A stretch of 64,000 nt of DNA from a virus. A program made the position numbers and the translations under genes. This document shows, one piece after another, positions 37,225 through 47,205 of this stretch. How positions within the stretch are numbered: position 1 is the first letter of the stretch; every line of letters starts with the position of its first letter. The notes beneath the pieces were generated by a model, which did no database searches, had not been told where the DNA came from, and was given only the letters and a program-made list of their open reading frames with translations. The stretch lies in IMG/VR virus record IMGVR_UViG_3300032308_001681, positions 1-64,000 of that record; one strand, written 5' to 3'.

Positions 37225-38211
37225 ATGCAATTACCATCTGAATTTTTCAGTGCAGAGCTGACCCCAACGGAGTTCCGTGTGGCGGTTGGTATGTTCCATT
37301 TGTCAACACCTACCGGAAAGGTAGATGTCACCATGGAAGAGCTTGGCGTGCTCACAGGTTACGGCCGTGAAGCACTTCGTCGCGCCATTCGCCGGATGGA
37401 AGAACTCGGCTTTCTGGAGACTACTCGTACCAAACGTAATCTTGGAAAGTATCACAAAAACGCGTACCAGTTCTTGTTACCATGCCTCCAGCCAGAGGCA
37501 TCAGAGACTGTACCATGCCTCCCACCAGAGGCATCAACAGCTGATGAGGTGACAGCTGGTACAGATATACCAGTAAGTACTAGTAATACCAGTACAAGAA
37601 ATACTTCGTATTTCTTGGTACGCGCCGGGGGCGCGACTCGAGAGGAGATTGTTGTGGGCCGATGGAACCCTGAGGAAGACGAAGGCATTGCCGGATTTGG
37701 TTTGTTCGAAGATGAGATGGAGGCTGGTCAGCCAAAGCCCAAAGCGGATAAGCGCGACAGCAAGACTCGTGGGCAGCGGACCCGCTCTGAATGGACTGCG
37801 AATGACGTGGCTACGGAGTTTTCCCAAAAGCTGGGACGAAAGCTGCCCTACACCGCTGGCATGGTCAACGTCGGTAAGATTCGCGGTGCTTTAGCGTCTT
37901 ATCGAAAGAATTATCGAACGAATGCCGACATTGAGTTGGAAATTATGGAAATGTTTTTCGATGACGCCCACATCATGCGGGTCGTTGATAAAGACCCCTA
38001 CAAAGCCTCTAACATCTACCTCGGAATGTTCAAGTCCCATTTGCCAAAGGCCCTTGAAAACCTTGGTCACACAGGCTCTGCCATGGAAGTACACGAGCCT
38101 TCCGACACGCCAGAGTACATCTTCGCCAGCGATGGTCGCCGGTTTGACAATACTCTGGTTGGACGTAAGCTTGCCGAACGGCATGAAGAGCGCCTGAAGG
38201 GGAAAGTATGA
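37225..38211 (+). CDS. replication initiator (N-terminal winged HTH)
   Basis: TMEELGVLTGYGREALRRAIRRMEELGFL HTH, internal iteron-like repeats, followed by DnaC-like gene. Confidence 0.75.
   Translation: MQLPSEFFSAELTPTEFRVAVGMFHLSTPTGKVDVTMEELGVLTGYGREALRRAIRRMEELGFLETTRTKRNLGKYHKNAYQFLLPCLQPEASETVPCLPPEASTADEVTAGTDIPVSTSNTSTRNTSYFLVRAGGATREEIVVGRWNPEEDEGIAGFGLFEDEMEAGQPKPKADKRDSKTRGQRTRSEWTANDVATEFSQKLGRKLPYTAGMVNVGKIRGALASYRKNYRTNADIELEIMEMFFDDAHIMRVVDKDPYKASNIYLGMFKSHLPKALENLGHTGSAMEVHEPSDTPEYIFASDGRRFDNTLVGRKLAERHEERLKGKV
37478..37617. promoter_or_regulatory. putative replication origin (iterons plus AT-rich region and hairpin) inside initiator gene
   Basis: two TACC-ATGCCTC-N6-GAGGCAT-CA palindromic repeats 33 bp apart; ATACCAGTA x2; CAAGAAATAC-TTC-GTATTTCTTG. 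Confidence 0.65.
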
Positions 38212-38924
38212 CCTACCAAATTGGAGAGCTAGTCCCAATAAAGCGTTACTGGATAGCGCGCAACGGAAACATACCGGAGCGATTCTGGGGCCGCAATTTT
38301 GCAGACATCCAAAGAGACACCGGGCAAGAACTGCCGGATGTCAAGGACTGGGTGTCCGACCTGCTGGCCGGAAAGATTATCAAGAACCCCGGTGGCTTGG
38401 GCGAGACTGGTGTGGGAATCCTGCTGGAAGGTGACCCGGGCCGCGGTAAAACCACCACCGCAGTAACAACCATCATGGAGATTGTCCGACAGTTACCTGA
38501 CGCTCCGGCCGACATTGCTAAAGTGTTTCACTACGCACCTACTGACTGTGGGTTCAACACCCGTGGAGTGTACTACTTGACCATGCCCGACTTCATCAAC
38601 CAGAAGAAGGCAGTATGGGATGCAGACCCTGATGAGAAGCGGGAGCTTCAGCGCGAGCTAGACGGGTTCTACGGGCGAGCCAAGGAGGACTGGCTAAACG
38701 TCCGCGTGCTTATCCTTGATGACCTTGGCAAGGAATATGGGTCGGAGTTCAACAAGGTTACCTTCGACGACATTCTCCGCGCTCGATACGACAAGGGAAT
38801 GCCCACCATCATCACCACCAACAAGCCCTTGGCCCAATGGAAGAAAGATTATTCGGAGGCAATGCACTCTTTTGCCCGTGAAGCTTTTCGACGCGTTACA
38901 CTAGAAGGTAAGGACCAACGCTGA
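38208..38924 (+). CDS. DnaC/IstB-like AAA+ helicase loader
   Basis: GDPGRGKT, LILDDLGKE, RARYD...PTIITTN. Confidence 0.9.
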   Translation: MTYQIGELVPIKRYWIARNGNIPERFWGRNFADIQRDTGQELPDVKDWVSDLLAGKIIKNPGGLGETGVGILLEGDPGRGKTTTAVTTIMEIVRQLPDAPADIAKVFHYAPTDCGFNTRGVYYLTMPDFINQKKAVWDADPDEKRELQRELDGFYGRAKEDWLNVRVLILDDLGKEYGSEFNKVTFDDILRARYDKGMPTIITTNKPLAQWKKDYSEAMHSFAREAFRRVTLEGKDQR

Positions 38925-39232
38925 TGAAAGGCTCAACCTCAATGCCTGACTGGCGCACTATTCAAATCTTCCTTGAGGATGACGGTGTGTACGAGCTTGA
39001 AGCCGACTCAGAAGATTACCAAAAGATGCGCTGCAGTTGCTCCTTTTACAAAACCGGTAGACGGTGTAAGCACATACGCCACGTTCGTCGCCGTATTGAA
39101 GAGAACGACGGAACGTACGCCATTCAGATTCCCTCGACTGTAAACGACGAAGAAGTCATTGCGGCAATGAAAGACCGCGAACTCTTTCGAAAGTTTTTAA
39201 TTGACAACGCCAAGATTGAAGTAATCGAGTGA
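38924..39232 (+). CDS. SWIM zinc-finger protein
   Basis: CSC...CKH. Confidence 0.8.
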   Translation: MKGSTSMPDWRTIQIFLEDDGVYELEADSEDYQKMRCSCSFYKTGRRCKHIRHVRRRIEENDGTYAIQIPSTVNDEEVIAAMKDRELFRKFLIDNAKIEVIE

Positions 39233-39648
39233 TAAATGGGGACATCTCCAATGAGACTCCTCCCCGCCTCATTGTCAATATTGACACCGTAGTAACTTCG
39301 GAAATTGCCGAAGAACGTCGGCTTCTTGTTTCAACCAAATTAACTCGCCGTGTCCTTGGCCTAAACAACCCCGCATTGTCGTTTCTTTGGAATAAGTCAG
39401 CTAAGTTTGGGTTGTCCGTAGAACTGGCTGCTTTTGCAACTGACTTGTGGACACAGGAACACCTCGATAAGCTGATGGCTCGGCTGGATAGCCGTGGGGC
39501 TAACCCCTTCAACTATGCAGAACTGTACGACAGTATTGAAGATTTCATCGGGGAACTTCCATATCGACCAAATCTAAAGGGTGTCATAGACATTCGAGAC
39601 CGAGTTGCGCGGTATGGTTCTTGGGGCATTGAACTAGAGAACTTGTAA
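39229..39648 (+). CDS. HAD-fold-like protein (degenerate motif I)
   Basis: LIVNIDTVV resembles HAD DxD motif; weak. Confidence 0.5.
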   Translation: MINGDISNETPPRLIVNIDTVVTSEIAEERRLLVSTKLTRRVLGLNNPALSFLWNKSAKFGLSVELAAFATDLWTQEHLDKLMARLDSRGANPFNYAELYDSIEDFIGELPYRPNLKGVIDIRDRVARYGSWGIELENL

Positions 39649-39662
39649 AAAGAGGGAACAAC

Positions 39663-40928
39663 ATGGCACACGATAACGAGTACCGACTAATCAGCAAGGT
39701 CATTGCAGACCGGCACATCATACCTGTCATAGAGGCCGGACTTAAAGATGACTGGATTGTCGACGACGACCTACGCCGTGTCTGGAAGTTCACTCGCGAG
39801 CACTATGCAAAGTACCGCGAAGTTCCTACGTACACTTCTGTCAAAGATAACTTTCCCAACTTTCAAGCGCTCAATGTCGAGGACACCATTGAGTACCTTA
39901 TCGACAAGATGGTGGAGTTTCGTCGACGTACCTTGACGCTTTCCGGCGTCAGTAAGATGGTCGACGAGTTGCAGGGTAACGACCACGAGTCCGCCATTCT
40001 GGAGATGTCGAAAACAGTAACGCTCATTAATGAGCAGGGCGTTATTGGTACACACCACATTGACTTGTCAAAAAACCCTGACGCTCGTTTTGAAGAGTAC
40101 GAGAGTGTACAGAATCAAACACTGCTTGGCATACCTACCGGGTTTGCAAAGATTGACGACGCCACTGCCGGGTTGCAGGGCGGTCAGCTGATTACAATCA
40201 TCGCTCCACCCAAGACTGGTAAGTCACAGATTGCCTTAAAGATGGCTATCAACGTACACGAGGCCGGTAAGACTCCCATGTTCCAATCTTTTGAGATGAA
40301 CAACCACGAGCAGGCTCAACGGCATGACGCAATGCGTGCGCATATCTCTCACAAAAATCTTCGTCTAGGAAAGCTTCCCATCGTGGAGGAGCAGCGTTAC
40401 CGCGACATGCTCAAAGCAATGGCCACGCGACACCCCTTTCATCTCGTCGACGCCATCAACGGGTTGACCATTGACTCTTTGGTAGCCAAAGCAGAGCAAC
40501 TGAAGCCCGACATCCTTTTCGTAGACGGCGTCTACCTGATGCTTGACCAAGTAACTGGTGAGGCCAACACACCACAGGCTTTGACCAACATCACCCGAGG
40601 TCTGAAGCGCGTAGCCCAGCGGTTGGACATTCCTGTGATTATTACTACTCAGACTCTGCTGTGGAAGATGAAGGGCGGAAAGGTAACCGCGGACTCCATC
40701 GGGTACTCCTCGTCATTTTTCCAAGACTCCGATGTAATTCTTGGCCTCGAGCCGACTGCGGAAGAAGACGCTATGTCCCGAATCCTCAAGGTAGTCCAGT
40801 CTCGAAACTGTGGTCCGGTTGACGCCCTTTTGGTTTGGGACTGGGAACGCGGGTGCTTTCACGATGAGGATGAGCGCAATACCTGTAAGTTCTGCGTTCC
40901 TTGGTCACCTACCATAGGAACCCCGTGA
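39663..40928 (+). CDS. dnaB: replicative DNA helicase
   Basis: GIPTGF, APPKTGKS, SFEM, FVDGVYLM, FQDSDVI. Confidence 0.93.
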   Translation: MAHDNEYRLISKVIADRHIIPVIEAGLKDDWIVDDDLRRVWKFTREHYAKYREVPTYTSVKDNFPNFQALNVEDTIEYLIDKMVEFRRRTLTLSGVSKMVDELQGNDHESAILEMSKTVTLINEQGVIGTHHIDLSKNPDARFEEYESVQNQTLLGIPTGFAKIDDATAGLQGGQLITIIAPPKTGKSQIALKMAINVHEAGKTPMFQSFEMNNHEQAQRHDAMRAHISHKNLRLGKLPIVEEQRYRDMLKAMATRHPFHLVDAINGLTIDSLVAKAEQLKPDILFVDGVYLMLDQVTGEANTPQALTNITRGLKRVAQRLDIPVIITTQTLLWKMKGGKVTADSIGYSSSFFQDSDVILGLEPTAEEDAMSRILKVVQSRNCGPVDALLVWDWERGCFHDEDERNTCKFCVPWSPTIGTP

Positions 40929-41902
40929 GCGTAGACATAGAGCAAGTTCTAGACGAACTGGGATTTGACTACACCGTTCGCGGTTCGGAGGCCAACGCCC
41001 TGTGCCCCATGCACAAAACTCGGACAGGTAAAGATGACAACTCACCTTCTTGGTGGATAAACCTAGACAGCGGACAGCACATCTGCTTCTCTTGCCAGTA
41101 CAAAGGTAACTTGTTCCACCTTATCGCTGACGTAAAACAGTTCTATCTGCCGTCATGGGGAGACATCGTTGACCACGACATCGCTGCCGCGCACGGTTGG
41201 CTGGCCTCTATTGCGGACATTTCTCCGGATAAACTTGCCGTAGCTTTCCAGCGGATACCCTCCAGAGTAGAGCAGTACGCTCCTCTTCCAGAGATGTCGG
41301 AGGCCCGCCTTGCTGTCTTCGGTTCCCCACCCCCGGACAAGCTAGAAGAACGAAATGTTTCTTGGGAGTCGGCAGCAGCGTATGAAGTTATGTGGGATGC
41401 TTCACGAGAAACTTGGGTACTTCCTTTTCGTGACCCAATTACTGGACGCCTTCTTGGGTGGCAGGAAAAGGGGACTAAAGAGCGAACGTTTATGAACCGT
41501 CCTCCCGGGTTACCTCGTTCAAAAACGTTGTTTGGGTTATCCCAACTTCGAGACGATGTGGCGTACTTGGTCGAGTCTCCGCTTGATTGCTTACGGTTCC
41601 ACACCGCGGGGTTCCCCGGGGCCCTTGCTATTTGCGGAGCCACAATAAACGAAACCCAGATAAAGCTGATTCGTAACGCCTCTCGTATTATTGTTGCCTT
41701 TGATAACCCCAAGGTAGACGCCGCGGGTAAAGCCGCCTCCGCACAAATCAAAGAGTACGCCTTGAAATACGGACTAAACATGTCGTACTTCAACTACGGA
41801 GATACTGGCAAGAAAGACCCGGGAGACATGACCAACGAAGAGATTGCTTGGGGCGTTGAGAACTCACAGTCCTTTTTAAAGGGAGAGTCCGCCTATGTTT
41901 AA
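40925..41902 (+). CDS. DNA primase
   Basis: CPMH...CFSC zinc finger, LVESPLD and AFDN TOPRIM, KDPGD; likely GTG start 40925. Confidence 0.9.
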   Translation: MSVDIEQVLDELGFDYTVRGSEANALCPMHKTRTGKDDNSPSWWINLDSGQHICFSCQYKGNLFHLIADVKQFYLPSWGDIVDHDIAAAHGWLASIADISPDKLAVAFQRIPSRVEQYAPLPEMSEARLAVFGSPPPDKLEERNVSWESAAAYEVMWDASRETWVLPFRDPITGRLLGWQEKGTKERTFMNRPPGLPRSKTLFGLSQLRDDVAYLVESPLDCLRFHTAGFPGALAICGATINETQIKLIRNASRIIVAFDNPKVDAAGKAASAQIKEYALKYGLNMSYFNYGDTGKKDPGDMTNEEIAWGVENSQSFLKGESAYV

Positions 41903-43478
41903 GGGAACGCTAAAGCCGTACCAAGTAGATGCCGTACAAGAGATGGTTGACAAGAAGAAGATGCTTGTGGCGTATGAGATGGGCCTCGGAAAGACGCCAA
42001 TGACTATTGCCGCCATAGAGTCTTCTGTACATACATTACCGTACGATGTGTACAAAACAACTGTTCTGGTACTCTGCTTGGCCAGCCTAAAGTACCAATG
42101 GAAGTCTGAAATCGAGAAGTTCAGTGACTCGACTGCGCTTGTCATTGACGGTACGCCCAAGCAAAGACAGGCGTTCTACGATTCGTATTACGAATACGAC
42201 TACATCATCATGAACTATGAGCAAGTAGTTAATGACTGGGATACCATAAAAACACTTGACATTTCTGCAATTGTGTGCGATGAGGCCACGGCCATCAAAG
42301 GGTTTAGAGCCAAGCGAGCTAAGAAGGTAAAAGAGCTCGCCAAAAAGATTCCAATTAGGTTTGCACTTACAGGAACTCCCATTGAGAATGGCCGTCCTGA
42401 AGAAATCTTCTCCATCATGCAATTTGTTGATGCCGATGTTCTGGGTAGGTTTGACCTCTTTGACAAGACGTTTATTGTACGTAACCACTTTGGCGGAGTT
42501 CAGCGTTACCGCAACTTACCCACGCTGCATAAAACGTTGTCTGAGTCAACCGTTAGGAAATCGCAGAAAGACCCAGACGTAGCACCGTATCTTCCTGACG
42601 CAGTGTACCGAGCCCCGCTAATGGTTCCTTTAGACAGAGCCAGTAAGTTGCTCTACAACTACATTGCCAATGACCTACAGGAGTTGTTGGTGGAGGTTAG
42701 CCAGTTGTTTGGTTCTGGGTTTAGTCTTGAACACCACTACGGTCAGGGTGGAAGTTTTGGCGACCCAGCCAATGAATACCGCGGGAAGATAATGTCACGA
42801 ATCACCGCTCTTAGGATGCTCTGCTCCAACGCGTCCTTGCTAACAACCAGTTACGCGGAATTCAGCAAACAAAATGGCAAGGGAAGCGCGTATGTTCATG
42901 GCCTAGGCACAGAGGGGTTGTTAGACGGGTTAACTAAATCTCCTAAACTCGATGCCACCGTCTCATATTTAGCAGAGCACCTAGACATTGACCCTACGTA
43001 CAAAGCCGTTGTGTTCTCTTCGTACCTTGGCTCCGTTGACCAGATAGTTAATCGACTAAACGCCAAAGGCTATTCAGCCGTTGCTTACACGGGAGAGATG
43101 AATGCCAAAGAAAAAGAAGCAACCAAAGTCAAATTTCAGACTGAGGCAGAAGTACGCGTTCTTGTATCTTCGGACGCAGGGGGCTATGGAGTCGACTTGC
43201 CGCAGGCCAATCTTTTGGTCAATTACGACCAACCTTGGTCAGCAGGTCTATCTGTACAACGAAACGGAAGAATCAACCGAACGTCCTCCACTTGGCAAAC
43301 AATAACTATTCAAGACATTCTCATTCAGGGTTCGATTGAACAACGTCAATACGACACGCTTAAGCAGAAAAAGAACGTGGCCGGTGCAGTTATTGACGGT
43401 AAGGGTATAAACTCCAAAGGAGGAGTTGACCTGACAGTAGGCAGCTTGATAGAGTTTCTTAGTATCAAAATGATTTAG
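41895..43478 (+). CDS. SNF2-family helicase
   Basis: MGLGKT, CDEA, LTGTPIEN, GGYGVDL, QRNGRINR. Confidence 0.92.
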   Translation: MFKGTLKPYQVDAVQEMVDKKKMLVAYEMGLGKTPMTIAAIESSVHTLPYDVYKTTVLVLCLASLKYQWKSEIEKFSDSTALVIDGTPKQRQAFYDSYYEYDYIIMNYEQVVNDWDTIKTLDISAIVCDEATAIKGFRAKRAKKVKELAKKIPIRFALTGTPIENGRPEEIFSIMQFVDADVLGRFDLFDKTFIVRNHFGGVQRYRNLPTLHKTLSESTVRKSQKDPDVAPYLPDAVYRAPLMVPLDRASKLLYNYIANDLQELLVEVSQLFGSGFSLEHHYGQGGSFGDPANEYRGKIMSRITALRMLCSNASLLTTSYAEFSKQNGKGSAYVHGLGTEGLLDGLTKSPKLDATVSYLAEHLDIDPTYKAVVFSSYLGSVDQIVNRLNAKGYSAVAYTGEMNAKEKEATKVKFQTEAEVRVLVSSDAGGYGVDLPQANLLVNYDQPWSAGLSVQRNGRINRTSSTWQTITIQDILIQGSIEQRQYDTLKQKKNVAGAVIDGKGINSKGGVDLTVGSLIEFLSIKMI

Positions 43479-43488
43479 GAGGGTATCC

Positions 43489-43932
43489 ATGGCTAACGCA
43501 ATTCCAGAGGAGCAGGTCCGGTTTACCGACCCTGACAGCCTTGAAGCGCAGGTGCGCGAGTACGTAAAAGTCAAGTCTACAATTGAGACGATGGAGGCTC
43601 GACAGAAGGTTCTGCGCGAAGCCTTGTTTGCCCGTCTTGATGAGGATGGCTACGAAGACGACAAGGGTAACGTCCTTATTGAGTTTGACGCAGAGATTGA
43701 CGGCGTTGTTCGGATTGAAAAGAACCGCCGAGTTCAACGAAAGCTAGATGAGAGCATTGCTGACGAGATTATTGCTGAACACGGCCTCGAAGATGCGGTT
43801 TACGAGATGAAGCGCGTAATCAATGAAGACGCGCTTATGGCTTCTATGTACGATGGCAAGGTAACCGAAGAAGAAATTGACCGGATGTTTCCGGCCAAGG
43901 TTATCTGGGCACTCGTTACAAAGAAGAAGTAA
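43489..43932 (+). CDS. hypothetical protein (acidic, N-terminal coiled coil)
   Basis: AGGAGG RBS, 147 aa. Confidence 0.75.
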   Translation: MANAIPEEQVRFTDPDSLEAQVREYVKVKSTIETMEARQKVLREALFARLDEDGYEDDKGNVLIEFDAEIDGVVRIEKNRRVQRKLDESIADEIIAEHGLEDAVYEMKRVINEDALMASMYDGKVTEEEIDRMFPAKVIWALVTKKK

Positions 43933-44414
43933 TGGCTGGCTTACGTAGCGAAGAAGAGATTCTCAAAGCATTTGAGGGTCTTGACAAGGTTCCGGGGTCA
44001 AAGAAACCTCGACGAAGCAGCACTGAAGCTGCAGACCGTCGACGGGCAAAAGCCTACGGAGAATCAAACGGTTGGGATGAACGTCCTACCATCAAGGTTC
44101 TTCAAGGAGTGGAGACTGAAATCTTTACCATCGGCGCGTTAGCACACGCGTTGGAGAAAAAGATTGTCACAATCCGCTTGTGGGAGAATAAGGGGTATAT
44201 CCCTATCGCTCCTTATCGTTTGCGTTCAAAGACGCTTCAAGGTAAAAAGGTAAACGGGAATCGCGTGTATACTCGTGACCTGATTGAAATTGCCATTGAA
44301 GAGTTTAACCGACGTGGACTTCTTGGCTCTTCTCGTATAGAGTGGAGTCAACACGGGGACTTGACTGAGACGCTAGTGCGTCGCTGGAAAGAGTCCGTGC
44401 ACCGAGAGCAGTAA
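43932..44414 (+). CDS. MerR-like HTH DNA-binding protein
   Basis: FTIGALAHAL...TIRLWENKGYIP...RVYT. Confidence 0.8.
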   Translation: MAGLRSEEEILKAFEGLDKVPGSKKPRRSSTEAADRRRAKAYGESNGWDERPTIKVLQGVETEIFTIGALAHALEKKIVTIRLWENKGYIPIAPYRLRSKTLQGKKVNGNRVYTRDLIEIAIEEFNRRGLLGSSRIEWSQHGDLTETLVRRWKESVHREQ

Positions 44415-44462
44415 TGCCTCACATCCAACCGAGTGCGTAAGCCTCATTACCAAAGGAACAAA

Positions 44463-45128
44463 ATGCAGAACCCCACCATGGATGCCACAGATTACGACAT
44501 CCCCATCGCCCTTGCGGAGGACGCGCCTGACGCGGCTCCCAAGCACGGCACTTCCGTCCAGTCTGGATGGGGAGCAGCCGACGCTCTTCTGAAGCCCGCG
44601 CGGGACAAGGGAGACTACCCGAACGATTTCCGTTTCAGCGACTCGGCCCAGTTGGTCCGTTTCCTTGAGAACGAGCCGTTCTCTGTGTACTACCAGCACT
44701 GGCTTGACCGCACTGAGGGAAAGCGTTCGTTCGTTTGCCTCGGCGACCAGTGCCCGTTGTGCGACATCCTTGGCGACAAGCCTCGTGGCAAGTTCGCCTT
44801 TAACGTTCTCGTTGTAAGTGACGAGAATCCAACTGTCCAGATTCTCACTGCTCCGCCGATGTTCGCTCGTCAGCTCCGTGCTGCAAACGACGACGCTCGT
44901 CGCGGTCCTTTGAGCAAGTACTACTGGTCAATCTCTCGGCAGGGAACCGGGCCCCAGACCACGTACGGCCTTGAGCGTGTACGTGCGACCGACCTTGCCG
45001 ATGAGTGGGAGCTCGATGCTGAGAAGCTCGATGCGCTCGCGCAGGAAGCCGTAATGTACGGCCCTGAAACAGTCTACGTAACCCCTCGCGAAGAACTGCT
45101 TCAGATTGCGCGTTCGCTCGTAAGCTAA
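44463..45128 (+). CDS. single-stranded DNA-binding protein (gp32-like)
   Basis: VRFL...YQHW...C...CPLC, GTGPQTTY; upstream of polymerase; likely ATG 44463. Confidence 0.75.
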   Translation: MQNPTMDATDYDIPIALAEDAPDAAPKHGTSVQSGWGAADALLKPARDKGDYPNDFRFSDSAQLVRFLENEPFSVYYQHWLDRTEGKRSFVCLGDQCPLCDILGDKPRGKFAFNVLVVSDENPTVQILTAPPMFARQLRAANDDARRGPLSKYYWSISRQGTGPQTTYGLERVRATDLADEWELDAEKLDALAQEAVMYGPETVYVTPREELLQIARSLVS

Positions 45129-45138
45129 CCCACTCCAC

Positions 45139-45178
45139 GGGGGCTGAGATGTCTTATCCTTTCTTCATCTCAGCCCCC
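45139..45178 (+). other. 13-bp perfect hairpin with 14-nt pyrimidine-rich (anti-SD-like) loop
   Basis: GGGGGCTGAGATG-TCTTATCCTTTCTT-CATCTCAGCCCCC. Confidence 0.7.
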
Positions 45179-45201
45179 CCTTCATCATCTGAGGGGATGG
45201 T

Positions 45202-47205
45202 ATGAACATAATTACAACTGAAGCTCAGTTGCAGGAATTCGTCGACGCCTATTCAAAGGTCGACGCATTTGCATTTGACGTAGAGACCATCGGCGAGAAC
45301 CGCATCTACCCCATCATCAATGACGTGTGCTGGATTTCGTTTGCCATTGAAGGCCGTGTAGACGTCATTCCAATGGGACATCCTAACGGTTCGTTCTTGT
45401 TTCACACCAAGCCCGTCTTGCTTGAGGGCAAGCGCCGAATTGCTGCAGGCAAGCCGTTAACTGACGCGCACTATTCAAAGAACTCTAAATTGTGGGTACC
45501 TGTCTTTGATGATGCTCCGGCGCAACTTACTCCAGCACAGGTATTCCGGGCGATTGAACCGCTCATGTTTTCTGACGCACTCAAGATTGGTCATAACGTA
45601 AAGTTTGATTTGAAGTCTGTTGCCAAGTATTTCCGTGGACGAGTCCCTACAAAGCCCTTCTTTGACACTCTCATGGCCTCCTTTATTGCCAATAACCTCA
45701 CAAAGAATAACCTTGGCCTTGCCGCGTGTGTTAAGCGCGAACTCAGCATAGATGTAGAGAAAGGTGTAGGAGCCAACGTGGCTGAGCACTCCTTCGAGGA
45801 TGTTGCGAAGTACTCCGGCATTGATGCAGAAGTTACGTGGAAGTTGTACAAAAAGCTTGCCCCACAATTGGTGGGTTCACTGGCCCGTGTTTGGAAACTC
45901 GAGATGGATGTCCTTGCGGCCCTCTGCGACATGGAGCAGGCCGGAGCTTACATTGACGAGGCTCAGCTAGATTCTCTGGCGGAGCAGATTAGCGCGGATA
46001 AGCAAGCTGCAGAAGCTCGGGCTTACAAGATTGTTGGCAAGGCTTTCTCGATTAACTCCATACCCGAGAAGCAACGTCTTTTGTTTACAGAGATTGACGG
46101 AAACAAGCCTCGTATTAAACCAAACGTAAACATCCCGACATCGCTTACACCAAAGGGCAAGGATGCCAAACGTGCCGGAGAAGAGTTGGTTCCGGCGTAC
46201 TTCTCAGTATCAGCAGACGCGCTTGAGTTTCACCGGGGTAAGGACGCTCTTGTTGACGCTCTCTTAGAATACCAAGACCTCAACAAGTTGATGACTACGT
46301 ACGTTACTCCGTACAAAGGCGGTTCGGTTAAGCACGTCACTAACGGTAAAGAAAAGATTACTGAGCGTAAGAGCCTTCTCATCAATGGGCGTGTCCACAC
46401 AAACTTTAAAGCTCATGGGGCAGAGACTGGCCGGTTCTCTTCTAGTGAGCCCAACTTGCAAAACATCCCCTCATCAGGGAAGTACGGCAAGTTAATCCGA
46501 AACCTGTTCATTGCTCCTCCGGGGTGCAAACTTATTGTTGCCGACTACTCGCAGATTGAGCCGCGAGTTATTGCCGCATTTTCGCAAGACCCAATCATGG
46601 TAGAAAACTACCTTAATGGTGGGGACATCTACACCACCATTGGTGACACTATGGGAGTCGACCGTAAGGCTGGGAAGGTGCTTGTGCTTGCCATCTCGTA
46701 CGGCGTAGGCCCAGACAAGATTGCCTCCAGCATTGGGTGTAGCGTAACGCAAGCGCGTGACCTGCTTAAAAACTTTGAGCAGCGGTTCCGCAACATCCCT
46801 CTGTACAAGGCTCGAGTAGTCGCACTGGCACGTAACCGTTCTCCAGTACCTTTTGTCGAAACTATCTTCGGACGTCGTCGGTATATCCCCGAGCTGACCA
46901 CCGCCACTGAGCGTGGACTAATCTCGCGTGCCGAACGGCAGGCCTTCAACACGGTCATCCAAGGTTCGGCTGCAGACATCATGAAGTTGGCCATCGCCCG
47001 CGCACACTCTTGCTTTATAGACGAGCCGGATATAAATGTTGTACTTACTGTACACGACGAGTTGGTTACTATTTGCCCCGAGGACCGGGCCGAAGAGGCG
47101 GCAGAGGCTATCCGCGTGTCCATGGAAGGAATACATCTTAAGGAGATTACACTTCCATTAAAGGCAGAAGTATACATTGTAGACAAATGGGGAGAGGCAA
47201 AGTGA
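45202..47205 (+). CDS. polA: DNA polymerase family A with 3'-5' exonuclease
   Basis: FDVET, HNVKFD, TGRFSSSEPNLQNIP, ADYSQIEPR, RKAGKVLVLAISYG, VHDE. Confidence 0.95.
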   Translation: MNIITTEAQLQEFVDAYSKVDAFAFDVETIGENRIYPIINDVCWISFAIEGRVDVIPMGHPNGSFLFHTKPVLLEGKRRIAAGKPLTDAHYSKNSKLWVPVFDDAPAQLTPAQVFRAIEPLMFSDALKIGHNVKFDLKSVAKYFRGRVPTKPFFDTLMASFIANNLTKNNLGLAACVKRELSIDVEKGVGANVAEHSFEDVAKYSGIDAEVTWKLYKKLAPQLVGSLARVWKLEMDVLAALCDMEQAGAYIDEAQLDSLAEQISADKQAAEARAYKIVGKAFSINSIPEKQRLLFTEIDGNKPRIKPNVNIPTSLTPKGKDAKRAGEELVPAYFSVSADALEFHRGKDALVDALLEYQDLNKLMTTYVTPYKGGSVKHVTNGKEKITERKSLLINGRVHTNFKAHGAETGRFSSSEPNLQNIPSSGKYGKLIRNLFIAPPGCKLIVADYSQIEPRVIAAFSQDPIMVENYLNGGDIYTTIGDTMGVDRKAGKVLVLAISYGVGPDKIASSIGCSVTQARDLLKNFEQRFRNIPLYKARVVALARNRSPVPFVETIFGRRRYIPELTTATERGLISRAERQAFNTVIQGSAADIMKLAIARAHSCFIDEPDINVVLTVHDELVTICPEDRAEEAAEAIRVSMEGIHLKEITLPLKAEVYIVDKWGEAK

